Assembly (NCBI GenBank): GCA_964016885.1 | Contig: OZ024741.1 | Location: forward strand, 254,510,001-254,574,000 | Reading direction: 5' to 3' | Origin: Eledone cirrhosa | Taxonomy: Eukaryota | DNA length: 64,000 nt | Part shown: piece after piece, positions 25,611 through 40,260 of the stretch | How the letters are laid out: the number at the start of each line of letters is the position of its first letter | Numbering within the stretch: position 1 is the first letter of the stretch | Position numbers and translations under genes: made by a program | Notes under the pieces: generated by a model | What the model was told of the DNA's origin: nothing | Databases searched by the model: none | Seen by the model: the letters and a program-made list of their open reading frames with translations, nothing else

Positions 25611-28600
25611 GGCACTGACACAAAAAACAGCAACAACTACAACAACACTGGCACTGACAGAGAAAACAGCAACAACTACAACAACACTGGCACTGACAGA
25701 GAAAACAGCAACAACTACAACAACACTGGCACTGACACAGAAAACAGCAACAACTACAACACTGGCACTGACACAGAAAACAGCAACAACTACAACAACA
25801 CTGGCACTGACAGAGAAAGCAGCAACAACTACAACAACACTGGCACTGACAGAGAAAACAGCAACAGCAACAACACTGGCACTGACACAGAAAACAGCAA
25901 CAACTACAACAACACTGGCACTGACAGAGAAAACAGCAACAACTACAACAACACTGGCACTGACAGAGAAAACAACAACAACTACAACAACACTGGCACT
26001 GACACAGAAAACAGCAACAACTACAACAACACTGGCACTGACACAGAAAACAGCAACAACAACAACACTGGTACTGATAGAGAAAACAACAACAACAACA
26101 ACACTGGCACTGACAGAGAAAACAGCAACAACAACAACACCGGCACTGACACAGAAAACAGCAACAACTACAACAACACTGGCACGGAAAACAGCAACAA
26201 CAGCAACAACAACACTGGCACTGACACAGAAAACAGCAACAACAGCAACAACACTGGCACTGACACAGAAAACAGCAACAACCGTGGCACTGACACAGAA
26301 AACAGCAACAACAGCAACAATAACACTGGCACTGGCACAGAAAACAGCAACAGCAACACTGGAACTGACACAGAAAACAGCAACAGTAACAACAACAACA
26401 CTGGCACTGACACAGAAAACAGCAACAACAACAACACTGGCACTGACAGTGAAAATAGCAACAGCAACAACACTGGCACTGACAGTGAAAATAGCAACAG
26501 CAACAACACTGGCGCTGACAGAGAAAACAGCAACAACAACAACACTGGCACCGACACAGAAAACAGCAACAACAACAACACTGGCACTGACAGAGAAAAC
26601 AGCAACAACTACAACACTGGCACTGACAGAGAAAACAGCAACAACAACACTGGCAGTGACAGAGAAAACAGCAACAACAACAACACTGGCACTGACACAG
26701 AAAACAGCAACAACAACAGTGGCACTGACACAGAAAACAGCAACAACTACAACAACACTGGCACTGACAGAGAAAACAGCAACAACAACAACACTGGCAC
26801 TGACACAGAAAACAGCAACAACTACAACAACACTGGCACTGACAGAGAAAACAGCAACAACTACAACAACACTGGCACTGACAGAGAAAACAGCAACAAC
26901 TACAACAACACTGGCACTGACACAGAAAACAGCAACAACTACAACAACACTGGCACTGACACAGAAAACAGCAACAACAACAACACTGGCACTGACAGAG
27001 AAAACAGCAACAACTACAACAACACTGGCACTGACAGAGAAAACAGCAACAACAACAACACTGGCACTGACACAGAAAACAGCAACAACTACAACAACAC
27101 TGGCACTGACAGAGAAAACAGCAACAACTACAACAACACTGGCACTGACAGAGAAAACAGCAACAGCAACAACACTGGCACTGACACAGAAAACAGCAAC
27201 AACAGCAACAACAACACTGGCACTGACACAGAAAACAGCAACAACAGCAACAACAACACTGGCACTGACACAGAAAACAGCAACAACAACACTGGCACTG
27301 ACAGAGAAAACAGCAACAACAACACTGGCACTGACAGAGAAAACAGCAACAACAACAACACTGGCACTGACACAGAAAACAGCAACAACAACAGTGGCAC
27401 TGACACAGAAAACAGCAACAACTACAACAACGCTGGCACTGACACAGAAAACAACAACAACAACACTGGCACTGATACAGAAAAGAGAAACAACTACAAC
27501 AACACTGGCACTGACAGAGAAAGCAGCAACAACTACAACAACACTGGCACTGACAGAGAAAACAGCAACAGCAACAACACTGGCACTGACACAGAAAACA
27601 GCAACAACTACAACAACACTGGCACTGACAGAGAAAACAGCAACAACTACAACAACACTGGCACTGACAGAGAAAACAGCAACAACTACAACAACACTGG
27701 CACTGACACAGAAAACAGCAACAACTACAACAACACTGGCACTGACACAGAAAACAGCAACAACAACAACACTGGTACTGATAGAGAAAACAGCAACAAC
27801 AACAACACTGGCACTGACAGAGAAAACAGCAACAACAACAACAGCGGCACTGACACAGAAAACAGCAACAACTACAACAACACTGGCACGGAAAACAGCA
27901 ACAACAGCAACAACAACACAGCACTGACACAGAAAACAGCAACAACAGCAACAACACTGGCACTGACACAGAAAACAGCAACAACCGTGGCACTGACACA
28001 GAAAACAGCAACAACAGCAACAATAACACTGGCACTGGCACAGAAAACAGCAACAGCAACACTGGAACTGACACAGAAAACAGCAACAGTAACAACAACA
28101 ACACTGGCACTGACACAGAAAACAGCAACAACAACGACACTGGCACTGACAGTGAAAATAGCAACAGCAACAACACTGGCACTGACAGTGAAAATAGCAA
28201 CAGCAACAACACTGGCACTGACAGAGAAAACAGCAACAACAACAACACTGGCACCGACACAGAAAACAGCAACAACAACAACACTGGCACTGACAGAGAA
28301 AACAGCAACAACTACAACACTGGCACTGACAGAGAAAGCAGCAACAACAACAACAACACTGGCACTGACAGAGAAAACAGCAACAACTACAACAACACTG
28401 GCACTGACACAGAAAACAACAACAACTACAACAACACCGGCACTGACAGAGAAAACAGCAACAACTACAACAACACTGACACTGACAGAGAAAACAACAA
28501 CAACAGCAACAACACTGGCACTGACACAGAAAACAGCAACAACTACAACAACACTGGCACTGGCAGAGAAAACAGCAACAACTACAACAACACTGGCACT

Positions 28601-28669
28601 GACAGAGAAAACAGCAACAACTACGACAACACTGGCACTGACACAGAAAACAGCAACAACTACAACAAC

Positions 28670-29450
28670 ACTGGCACTGACACAGAAAACAGCAACAACT
28701 TCAACAACACTGGCACTGACAGAGAAAACAGCAACAACAACAACACTGGCACTGACACAAAAAACAGCAACAACTACAACAACACTGGCACTGACAGAGA
28801 AAACAGCAACAACAACACTGGCACTGACAGAGAAAACAGCAACAACAACAACACTGGCACTGACACAGAAAACAGCAACAACAACAGTGGCACTGACACA
28901 GAAAACAGCAACAACTACAACAACACTGGCACTGACACAGAAAACAGCAACAACTTCAACAACACTGGCACTGACAGAGAAAACAGCAACAACAACAACA
29001 CTGGCACTGACACAAAAAACAGCAACAACAACAACACTGGCACTGACAGAGAAAACAGCAACAACAACACTGGCACTGACAGAGAAAACAGCAACAACAA
29101 CAACACTGGCACTGACACAGAAAACAGCAACAACAACAGTGGCACTGACACAGAAAACAGCAACAACTACAACAACACTGGCACTGACACAGAAAACAGC
29201 AACAACTTCAACAACACTGGCACTGACAGAGAAAACAGCAACAACAACAACACTGGCACTGACACAAAAAACAGCAACAACAACAACACTGGCACTGACA
29301 GAGAAAACAGCAACAACAACACTGGCACTGACAGAGAAAACAGCAACAACAACAGCACTGGCACTGACACAGAAAACAGCAACAACAACAGTGGCACTGA
29401 CACAGAAAACAGCAACAACTACAACAACACTGGCACTGACACAGAAAACA
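28670..29450 (+). repeat. ~252-255-bp (7-monomer) block, three tandem copies
   Basis: Adjacent, nearly identical ORFs 28915..29166 and 29167..29418. The ACTTCA marker has its TCA at 28701, 28956 and 29208, each followed by an ACACAAAAAAC unit. Confidence 0.88.
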
Positions 29451-29489
29451 ACAACAACAACACTGGCACTGATACAGAAAACAGAAACA

Positions 29490-32400
29490 ACTACAACAAC
29501 ACTGGCACTGACAGAGAAAGCAGCAACAACTACAACCACACTGGCACTGACAGAGAAAACAGCAACAGCAACAACACTGGCACTGACACAGAAAACAGCA
29601 ACAACTACAACAACACTGGCACTGACAGAGAAAACAGCAACAACTACAACAACACTGGCACTGACAGAGAAAACAACAACAACTACAACAACACTGGCAC
29701 TGACACAGAAAACAGCAACAACTACAACAACACTGGCACTGACACAGAAAACAGCAACAACAACACTGGTACTGATAGAGAAAACAGCAACAACAACAAC
29801 ACTGGCACTGACAGAGAAAACAGCAACAACAACAACACCGGCACTGACACAGAAAACAGCAACAACTACAACAACACTGGCACGGAAAACAGCAACAACA
29901 GCAACAACAACACTGGCACTGACACAGAAAACAGCAACAACAGCAACAACACTGGCACTGACACAGAAAACAGCAACAACCGTGGCACTGACACAGAAAA
30001 CAGCAACAACAGCAACAATAACACTGGCACTGGCACAGAAAACAGCAACAGCAACACTGGAACTGACACAGAAAACAGCAACAGTAACAACAACAACACT
30101 GGCACTGACACAGAAAACAGCAACAACAACAACACTGGCACTGACAGTGAAAATAGCAACAGCAACAACACTGGCACTGACAGTGAAAACAGCAACAGCA
30201 ACAACACTGGCGCTGACAGAGAAAACAGCAACAACAACAACACTGGCACCGACACAGAAAACAGCAACAACAACAACACTGGCACTGACAGAGAAAACAC
30301 CAACAACTACAACACTGGCACTGACAGAGAAAACAGCAACAACAACACTGGCAGTGGCAGAGAAAACAGCAACAACAACAACACTGGCACTGACACAGAA
30401 AACAGCAACAACAACAGTGGCACTGACACAGAAAACAGCAACAACTACAACAACACTGGCACTGACAGAGAAAACAGCAACAACAACAACACTGGCACTG
30501 ACACAGAAAACAGCAACAACTACAACAACACTGGCACTGACAGAGAAAACAGCAACAACTACAACAACACTGGCACTGACAGAGAAAACAGCAACAACTA
30601 CAACAACACTGGCACTGACACAGAAAACAGCAACAACTACAACAACACTGGCACTGACACAGAAAACAGCAACAACAACAACACTGGCACTGACAGAGAA
30701 AACAGCAACAACTACAACAACACTGGCACTGACAGAGAAAACAGCAACAACAACAACACTGGCACTGACACAGAAAACAGCAACAACTACAACAACACTG
30801 GCACTGACAGAGAAAACAGCAACAACTACAACAACACTGGCACTGACAGAGAAAACAGCAACAGCAACAACACTGGCACTGACACAGAAAACAGCAACAA
30901 CAGCAACAACAACACTGGCACTGACACAGAAAACAGCAACAACAGCAACAACAACACTGGCACTGACACAGAAAACAGCAACAACAACAACACTGGCACT
31001 GACAGAGAAAACAGCAACAACAACACTGGCACTGACAGAGAAAACAGCAACAACAACAACACTGGCACTGACACAGAAAACAGCAACAACAACAGTGGCA
31101 CTGACACAGAAAACAGCAACAACTACAACAACACTGGCACTGACACAGAAAACAACAACAACAACACTGGCACTGATACAGAAAAGAGAAACAACTACAA
31201 CAACAATGGCACTGACAGAGAAAGCAGCAACAACTACAACAACACTGGCACTGACAGAGAAAACAGCAACAGCAACAACACTGGCACTGACACAGAAAAC
31301 AGCAACAACTACAACAACACTGGCACTGACAGAGAAAACAGCAACAACTACAACAACACTGGCACTGACAGAGAAAACAGCAACAACTACAACAACACTG
31401 GCACTGACACAGAAAACAGCAACAACTACAACAACACTGGCACTGACACAGAAAACAGCAACAACAACAACACTGGTACTGATAGAGAAAACAGCAACAA
31501 CAACAACACTGGCACTGACAGAGAAAACAGCAACAACAACAACAGCGGCACTGACACAGAAAACAGCAACAACTACAACAACACTGGCACGGAAAACAGC
31601 AACAACAGCAACAACAACACAGCACTGATACAGAAAACAGCAACAACAGCAACAACACTGGCACTGACACAGAAAACAGCAACAACCGTGGCACTGACAC
31701 AGAAAACAGCAACAACAGCAACAATAACACTGGCACTGGCACAGAAAACAGCAACAGCAACACTGGAACTGACACAGAAAACAGCAACAGTAACAACAAC
31801 AACACTGGCACTGACACAGAAAACAGCAACAACAACAACACTGGCACTGACAGTGAAAATAGCAACAGCAACAACACTGGCACTGACAGTGAAAATAGCA
31901 ACAGCAACAACACTGGCACTGACAGAGAAAACAGCAACAACAACAACACTGGCACCGACACAGAAAACAGCAACAACAACAACACTGGCACTGACAGAGA
32001 AAACAGCAACAACTACAACACTGGCACTGACAGAGAAAGCAGCAACAACAACAACACTGGCACTGACAGAGAAAACAGCAACAACTACAACAACACTGGC
32101 ACTGACACAGAAAACAACAACAACTACAACAACACTGACACTGACAGAGAAAACAACAACAACAGCAAGAACACTGGCACTGACACAGAAAACAGCAACA
32201 ACTACAACAACACTGGCACTGGCAGAGAAAACAGCAACAACTACAACAACACTGGCACTGACAGAAAAAACAGCAACAACTACAACAACACTGGCACTGA
32301 CACAGAAAACAGCAACAACTACAACAACACTGGCACTGACACAGAAAACAGCAACAACTTCAACAACACTGGCACTGACAGAGAAAACAGCAACAACAAC

Positions 32401-35400
32401 AACACTGGCACTGACACAAAAAACAGCAACAACTACAACAACACTGGCACTGACAGAGAAAACAGCAACAACTACAAAAACACTGGCACTGACAGAGAAA
32501 ACAGCAACAACTACAACAACACTGGCACTGACACAGAAAACAGCAACAACTACAACACTGGCACTGACACAGAAAACAGCAACAACTACAACAACACTGG
32601 CACTGACAGAGAAAACAGCAACAACTACAACAACACTGGCACTGACACAGAAAACAGCAACAACAACAACACTGGCACTGACACAGAAAACAGCAACAAC
32701 TACAACAACACTGGCACTGACAGAGAAAACAGCAACAACAACAACAACACTGGCACTGACAGAGAAAACAGCAACAACTACAACAACACTGGCACTGACA
32801 CAGAAAACAGCAACAACTACAACAACACTGGCACTGACACAGAAAACAGCAACAACTACAACAACAGTGGCACAGACAGAGAAAACAGCAACAACAACAA
32901 CACTGGCACTGACAGAGAAAACAGCAACAACAACAACACTGGCACTGACAGAGAAAACAGCAACAACAACAACACCGGCACTGACACAGAAAACAGCAAC
33001 AACTACAACAACACTGGCACTGACAGAGAAAGCAGCAACAACTACAACCACACTGGCACTGACAGAGAAAACAGCAACAGCAACAACACTGGCACTGACA
33101 CAGAAAACAGCAACAACTACAACAACACTGGCACTGACAGAGAAAACAGCAACAACTACAACAACACTGGCACTGACAGAGAAAACAACAACAACTACAA
33201 CAACACTGGCACTGACACAGAAAACAGCAACAACTACAACAACACTGGCACTGACACAGAAAACAGCAACAACAACAACACTGGTACTGATAGAGAAAAC
33301 AGCAACAACAACAACACTGGCACTGACAGAGAAAACAGCAACAACAACAACACCGGCACTGACACAGAAAACAGCAACAACTACAACAACACTGGCACGG
33401 AAAACAGCAACAACAGCAACAACAACACTGGCACTGACACAGAAAACAGCAACAACAGCAACAACACTGGCACTGACACAGAAAACAGCAACAACCGTGG
33501 CACTGACACAGAAAACAGCAACAACAGCAACAATAACACTGGCACTGGCACAGAAAACAGCAACAGCAACACTGGAACTGACACAGAAAACAGCAACAGT
33601 AACAACAACAACACTGGCACTGACACAGAAAACAGCAACAACAACAACACTGGCACTGACAGTGAAAATAGCAACAGCAACAACACTGGCACTGACAGTG
33701 AAAACAGCAACAGCAACAACACTGGCGCTGACAGAGAAAACAGCAACAACAACAACACTGGCACCGACACAGAAAACAGCAACAACAACAACACTGGCAC
33801 TGACAGAGAAAACACCAACAACTACAACACTGGCACTGACAGAGAAAACAGCAACAACAACACTGGCAGTGACAGAGAAAACAGCAACAACAACAACACT
33901 GGCACTGACACAGAAAACAGCAACAACAACAGTGGCACTGACACAGAAAACAGCAACAACTACAACAACACTGGCACTGACAGAGAAAACAGCAACAACA
34001 ACAACACTGGCACTGACACAGAAAACAGCAACAACTACAACAACACTGGCACTGACAGAGAAAACAGCAACAACTACAACAACACTGGCACTGACAGAGA
34101 AAACAGCAACAACTACAACAACACTGGCACTGACACAGAAAACAGCCACAACTACAACAACACTGGCACTGACACAGAAAACAGCAACAACAACAACACT
34201 GGCACTGACAGAGAAAACAGCAACAACTACAACAACACTGGCACTGACAGAGAAAACAGCAACAACAACAACACTGGCACTGACACAGAAAACAGCAACA
34301 ACTACAACAACACTGGCACTGACAGAGAAAACAGCAACAACTACAACAACACTGGCACTGACAGAGAAAACAGCAACAGCAACAACACTGGCACTGACAC
34401 AGAAAACAGCAACAACAGCAACAACAACACTGGCACTGACACAGAAAACAGCAACAACAGCAACAACAACACTGGCACTGACACAGAAAACAGCAACAAC
34501 AACAACACTGGCACTGACAGAGAAAACAGCAACAACAACACTGGCACTGACAGAGAAAACAGCAACAACAACAACACTGGCACTGACACAGAAAACAGCA
34601 ACAACAACAGTGGCACTGACACAGAAAACAGCAACAACTACAACAACACTGGCACTGACACAGAAAACAACAACAACAACACTGGCACTGATACAGAAAA
34701 GAGAAACAACTACAACAACAATGGCACTGACAGAGAAAGCAGCAACAACTACAACAACACTGGCACTGACAGAGAAAACAGCAACAGCAACAACACTGGC
34801 ACTGACACAGAAAACAGCAACAACTACAACAACACTGGCACTGACAGAGAAAACAGCAACAACTACAACAACACTGGCACTGACAGAGAAAACAGCAACA
34901 ACTACAACAACACTGGCACTGACACAGAAAACAGCAACAACTACAACAACACTGGCACTGACACAGAAAACAGCAACAACAACAACACTGGTACTGATAG
35001 AGAAAACAGCAACAACAACAACACTGGCACTGACAGAGAAAACAGCAACAACAACAACAGCGGCACTGACACAGAAAACAGCAACAACTACAACAACACT
35101 GGCACGGAAAACAGCAACAACAGCAACAACAACACAGCACTGACACAGAAAACAGCAACAACAGCAACAACACTGGCACTGACACAGAAAACAGCAACAA
35201 CCGTGGCACTGACACAGAAAACAGCAACAACAGCAACAATAACACTGGCACTGGCACAGAAAACAGCAACAGCAACACTGGAACTGACACAGAAAACAGC
35301 AACAGTAACAACAACAACACTGGCACTGACACAGAAAACAGCAACAACAACAACACTGGCACTGACAGTGAAAATAGCAACAGCAACAACACTGGCACTG

Positions 35401-36549
35401 ACAGTGAAAATAGCAACAGCAACAACACTGGCACTGACAGAGAAAACAGCAACAACAACAACACTGGCACCGACACAGAAAACAGCAACAACAACAACAC
35501 TGGCACTGACAGAGAAAACAGCAACAACTACAACACTGGCACTGACAGAGAAAGCAGCAACAACAACAACAACACTGGCACTGACAGAGAAAACAGCAAC
35601 AACTACAACAACACTGGCACTGACACAGAAAACAACAACAACTACAACAACACTGACACTGACAGAGAAAACAACAACAACAGCAAGAACACTGGCACTG
35701 ACACAGAAAACAGCAACAACTACAACAACACTGGCACTGGCAGAGAAAACAGCAACAACTACAACAACACTGGCACTGACAGAGAAAACAGCAACAACTA
35801 CAACAACACTGGCACTGACACAGAAAACAGCAACAACTACAACAACACTGGCACTGACACAGAAAACAGCAACAACTTCAACAACACTGGCACTGACAGA
35901 GAAAACAGCAACAACAACAACACTGGCACTGACACAAAAAACAGCAACAACTACAACAACACTGGCACTGACAGAGAAAACAGCAACAACTACAACAACA
36001 CTGGCACTGACAGAGAAAATAGCAACAACTACAACAACACTGGCACTGACACAGAAAACAGCAACAACTACAACACTGGCACTGACACAGAAAACAGCAA
36101 CAACTACAACAACACTGGCACTGACAGAGAAAACAGCAACAACTACAACAACACTGGCACTGACACAGAAAACAGCAACAACAACAACACTGGCACTGAC
36201 ACAGAAAACAGCAACAACTACAACAACACTGGCACTGACAGAGAAAACAGCAACAACAACAACAACACTGGCACTGACAGAGAAAACAGCAACAACTACA
36301 ACAACACTGGCACTGACACAGAAAACAGCAACAACTACAACAACACTGGCACTGACACAGAAAACAGCAACAACTACAACAACAGTGGCACAGACAGAGA
36401 AAACAGCAACAACAACAACACTGGCACTGACAGAGAAAACAGCAACAACAACAACACTGGCACTGACAGAGAAAACAGCAACAACAACAACACCGGCACT
36501 GACACAGAAAACAGCAACAACTACAACAACACTGGCACTGACAGAGAAA
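29490..36549 (+). repeat. ~3,515-bp tandem duplication (~29490-33030 / ~33005-36549)
   Basis: ORF pairs 29866/33381, 30826/34341 and 31688/35203 all differ by 3515. The offset drifts between 3512 and 3518 through ACA slippage. Confidence 0.88.
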
Positions 36550-39500
36550 ACAGCAACAACTACAACAACACTGGCACTGACAGAGAAAACAGCAACAACA
36601 ACAACACTGGCACTGACATAGAAAACAGCAACAACAACAGTGGCACTGACACAGAAAACTGTAACAACAGCAACAATAACACTGGCACTGAAAACAGCGA
36701 CAGCAACAACAACAACAACACTGGAACTGACACAGAAAACAGCAACAGTAACAACAACAACACTGGCACTGACACAGAAAACAGCAACAGCAAGAACACT
36801 GGCACTGACACAGAAAACAGCAACAACTACAACAACACTGGCACGGAAAACAGCAACAACAGCAACAACAACACTGGCACTGACACAGAAAACAGCAACA
36901 ACAGCAACAACAACACCGGCACTGACACAGAAAACAGCAACAACAGCAACAACAGTGGCACTGGCACAGAAAACAGCAACAACAGCAACAATAACACTGG
37001 CACTGGCACAGAAAACAGCAACAGTAACAACAACAACACTGGCACTGACACAGAAAACAGCAACAGTAACAACAACAACACTGGCACTGACACAGAAAAC
37101 AGCAACAACAACAACACTGGCACTGACACAGAAAACAGCAACAACAACAACACTGGCACTGACAGTGAAAATAGCAACAACAACAACACTGGCACTGACA
37201 GAGAAAACAGCAACAACAACACTGGCACTGACAGAGAAAACAGCAACAACAACACCACTGGCACTGACACAGAAAACAGCAACAACAACAGTGGCACTGA
37301 CACAGAAAACAGCAACAACTACAACAACACTGGCACTGACAGAGAAAACAGCAACAACAACAACACTGGCACTGACACAGAAAACAGCAACAACTACAAC
37401 AACACTGGCACTGACAGAGAAAACAGCAACAACTACAACAACACTGGCACTGACAGAGAAAACAGCAACAACTACAACAACACTGGCACTGACAGAGAAA
37501 ACAGCAACAACTACAACATCACTGGCACTGACACAGAAAACAGCAACAACAACAACACTGGCACTGACAGAGAAAACAGCAACAACAACAACACTGGCAC
37601 TGACACAGAAAACAGCAACAACAGCAACAACACTGGCACTGACACAGAAAACAGCAACAACTACAACAACACTGGCACTGACAGAGAAAACAGCAACAAC
37701 TACAACAACCCTGGCACTGACAGAGAAAACAGCAACAACTACAACAACACTGGCACTGACAGAGAAAACAGCAACAACAACAACACTGGCACTGACACAG
37801 AAAACAGCAACAACTACAACAACACTGGCACTGACAGAGAAAACAGCAACAGCAACAACACTGGCACTGACACAGAAAACAGCAACAACTACAACAACAC
37901 TGGCACTGACAGAGAAAACAGCAACAGCAACAACACTGGCACTGACACAGAAAACAGCAACAACAGCAACAACAAGACTGGCACTGACACAGAAAACAGC
38001 AACAACAGCAATAACAATGGCACTGACACAGAAAACAGCAACAACAACAACACTGGCACTGACAGAGAAAACAGCAACAACAACACTGGCACTGACACAA
38101 AAAACAGCAACAACTACAACAACACTGGCACTGACAGAGAAAACAGCAACAACTACAACAACACTGGCACTGACAGAGAAAATAGCAACAACTACAACAA
38201 CACTGGCACTGACACAGAAAACAGCAACAACTACAACACTGGCACTGACACAGAAAACAGCAACAACTACAACAACACTGGCACTGACAGAGAAAACAGC
38301 AACAACTACAACAACACTGGCACTGACACAGAAAACAGCAACAACAACAACACTGGCACTGACACAGAAAACAGCAACAACTACAACAACACTGGCACTG
38401 ACAGAGAAAACAGCAACAACAACAACAACACTGGCACTGACAGAGAAAACAGCAACAACTACAACAACACTGGCACTGACACAGAAAACAGCAACAACTA
38501 CAACAACACTGGCACTGACACAGAAAACAGCAACAACTACAACAACAGTGGCACAGACAGAGAAAACAGCAACAACAACAACACTGGCACTGACAGAGAA
38601 AACAGCAACAACAACAACACTGGCACTGACAGAGAAAACAGCAACAACAACAACACCGGCACTGACACAGAAAACAGCAACAACTACAACAACACTGGCA
38701 CTGACAGAGAAAACAGCAACAACTACAACAACACTGGCACTGACAGAGAAAACAGCAACAACAACAACACTGGCACTGACATAGAAAACAGCAACAACAA
38801 CAGTGGCACTGACACAGAAAACTGTAACAACAGCAACAATAACACTGGCACTGAAAACAGCGACAGCAACAACAACAACAACACTGGAACTGACACAGAA
38901 AACAGCAACAGTAACAACAACAACACTGGCACTGACACAGAAAACAGCAACAGCAAGAACACTGGCACTGACACAGAAAACAGCAACAACTACAACAACA
39001 CTGGCACGGAAAACAGCAACAACAGCAACAACAACACTGGCACTGACACAGAAAACAGCAACAACAGCAACAACAACACCGGCACTGACACAGAAAACAG
39101 CAACAACAGCAACAACAGTGGCACTGGCACAGAAAACAGCAACAACAGCAACAATAACACTGGCACTGGCACAGAAAACAGCAACAGTAACAACAACAAC
39201 ACTGGCACTGACACAGAAAACAGCAACAGTAACAACAACAACACTGGCACTGACACAGAAAACAGCAACAACAACAACACTGGCACTGACACAGAAAACA
39301 GCAACAACAACAACACTGGCACTGACAGTGAAAATAGCAACAACAACAACACTGGCACTGACAGAGAAAACAGCAACAACAACACTGGCACTGACAGAGA
39401 AAACAGCAACAACAACACCACTGGCACTGACACAGAAAACAGCAACAACAACAGTGGCACTGACACAGAAAACAGCAACAACTACAACAACACTGGCACT

Positions 39501-40260
39501 GACAGAGAAAACAGCAACAACAACAACACTGGCACTGACACAGAAAACAGCAACAACTACAACAACACTGGCACTGACAGAGAAAACAGCAACAACTACA
39601 ACAACACTGGCACTGACAGAGAAAACAGCAACAACTACAACAACACTGGCACTGACAGAGAAAACAGCAACAACTACAACATCACTGGCACTGACACAGA
39701 AAACAGCAACAACAACAACACTGGCACTGACAGAGAAAACAGCAACAACAACAACACTGGCACTGACACAGAAAACAGCAACAACAGCAACAACACTGGC
39801 ACTGACACAGAAAACAGCAACAACTACAACAACACTGGCACTGACAGAGAAAACAGCAACAACTACAACAACCCTGGCACTGACAGAGAAAACAGCAACA
39901 ACTACAACAACACTGGCACTGACAGAGAAAACAGCAACAACAACAACACTGGCACTGACACAGAAAACAGCAACAACTACAACAACACTGGCACTGACAG
40001 AGAAAACAGCAACAGCAACAACACTGGCACTGACACAGAAAACAGCAACAACTACAACAACACTGGCACTGACAGAGAAAACAGCAACAGCAACAACACT
40101 GGCACTGACACAGAAAACAGCAACAACAGCAACAACAAGACTGGCACTGACACAGAAAACAGCAACAACAGCAATAACAATGGCACTGACACAGAAAACA
40201 GCAACAACAACAACACTGGCACTGACAGAGAAAACAGCAACAACAACACTGGCACTGACA
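35915..40260 (+). repeat. 2,163-bp tandem duplication (~35915-38097 / ~38078-40260), followed by an ~864-bp re-duplication to ~40900
   Basis: ORF pairs 36560/38723, 36640/38803 and 36827/38990 differ by 2163. TAG at 36619 and 38782. GACACAAAAA at 35931 and 38094. ACACCACTGG at ~37252, ~39415 and ~40279. Confidence 0.9.

Larger units (their letters stand above)
20860..37208 (+). repeat. Dispersed duplication, offset 12,153-12,195 bp: ~20860-25013 matches ~33010-37208
   Basis: ORF pairs 21228/33381 (offset 12153), 23008/35203, 24365/36560 and 24445/36640 (offset 12195). The 42-bp difference equals one monomer. Shared ACATAG stop, AAAACTGTAACA and GTGGCACAGACA variants. Confidence 0.88.
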
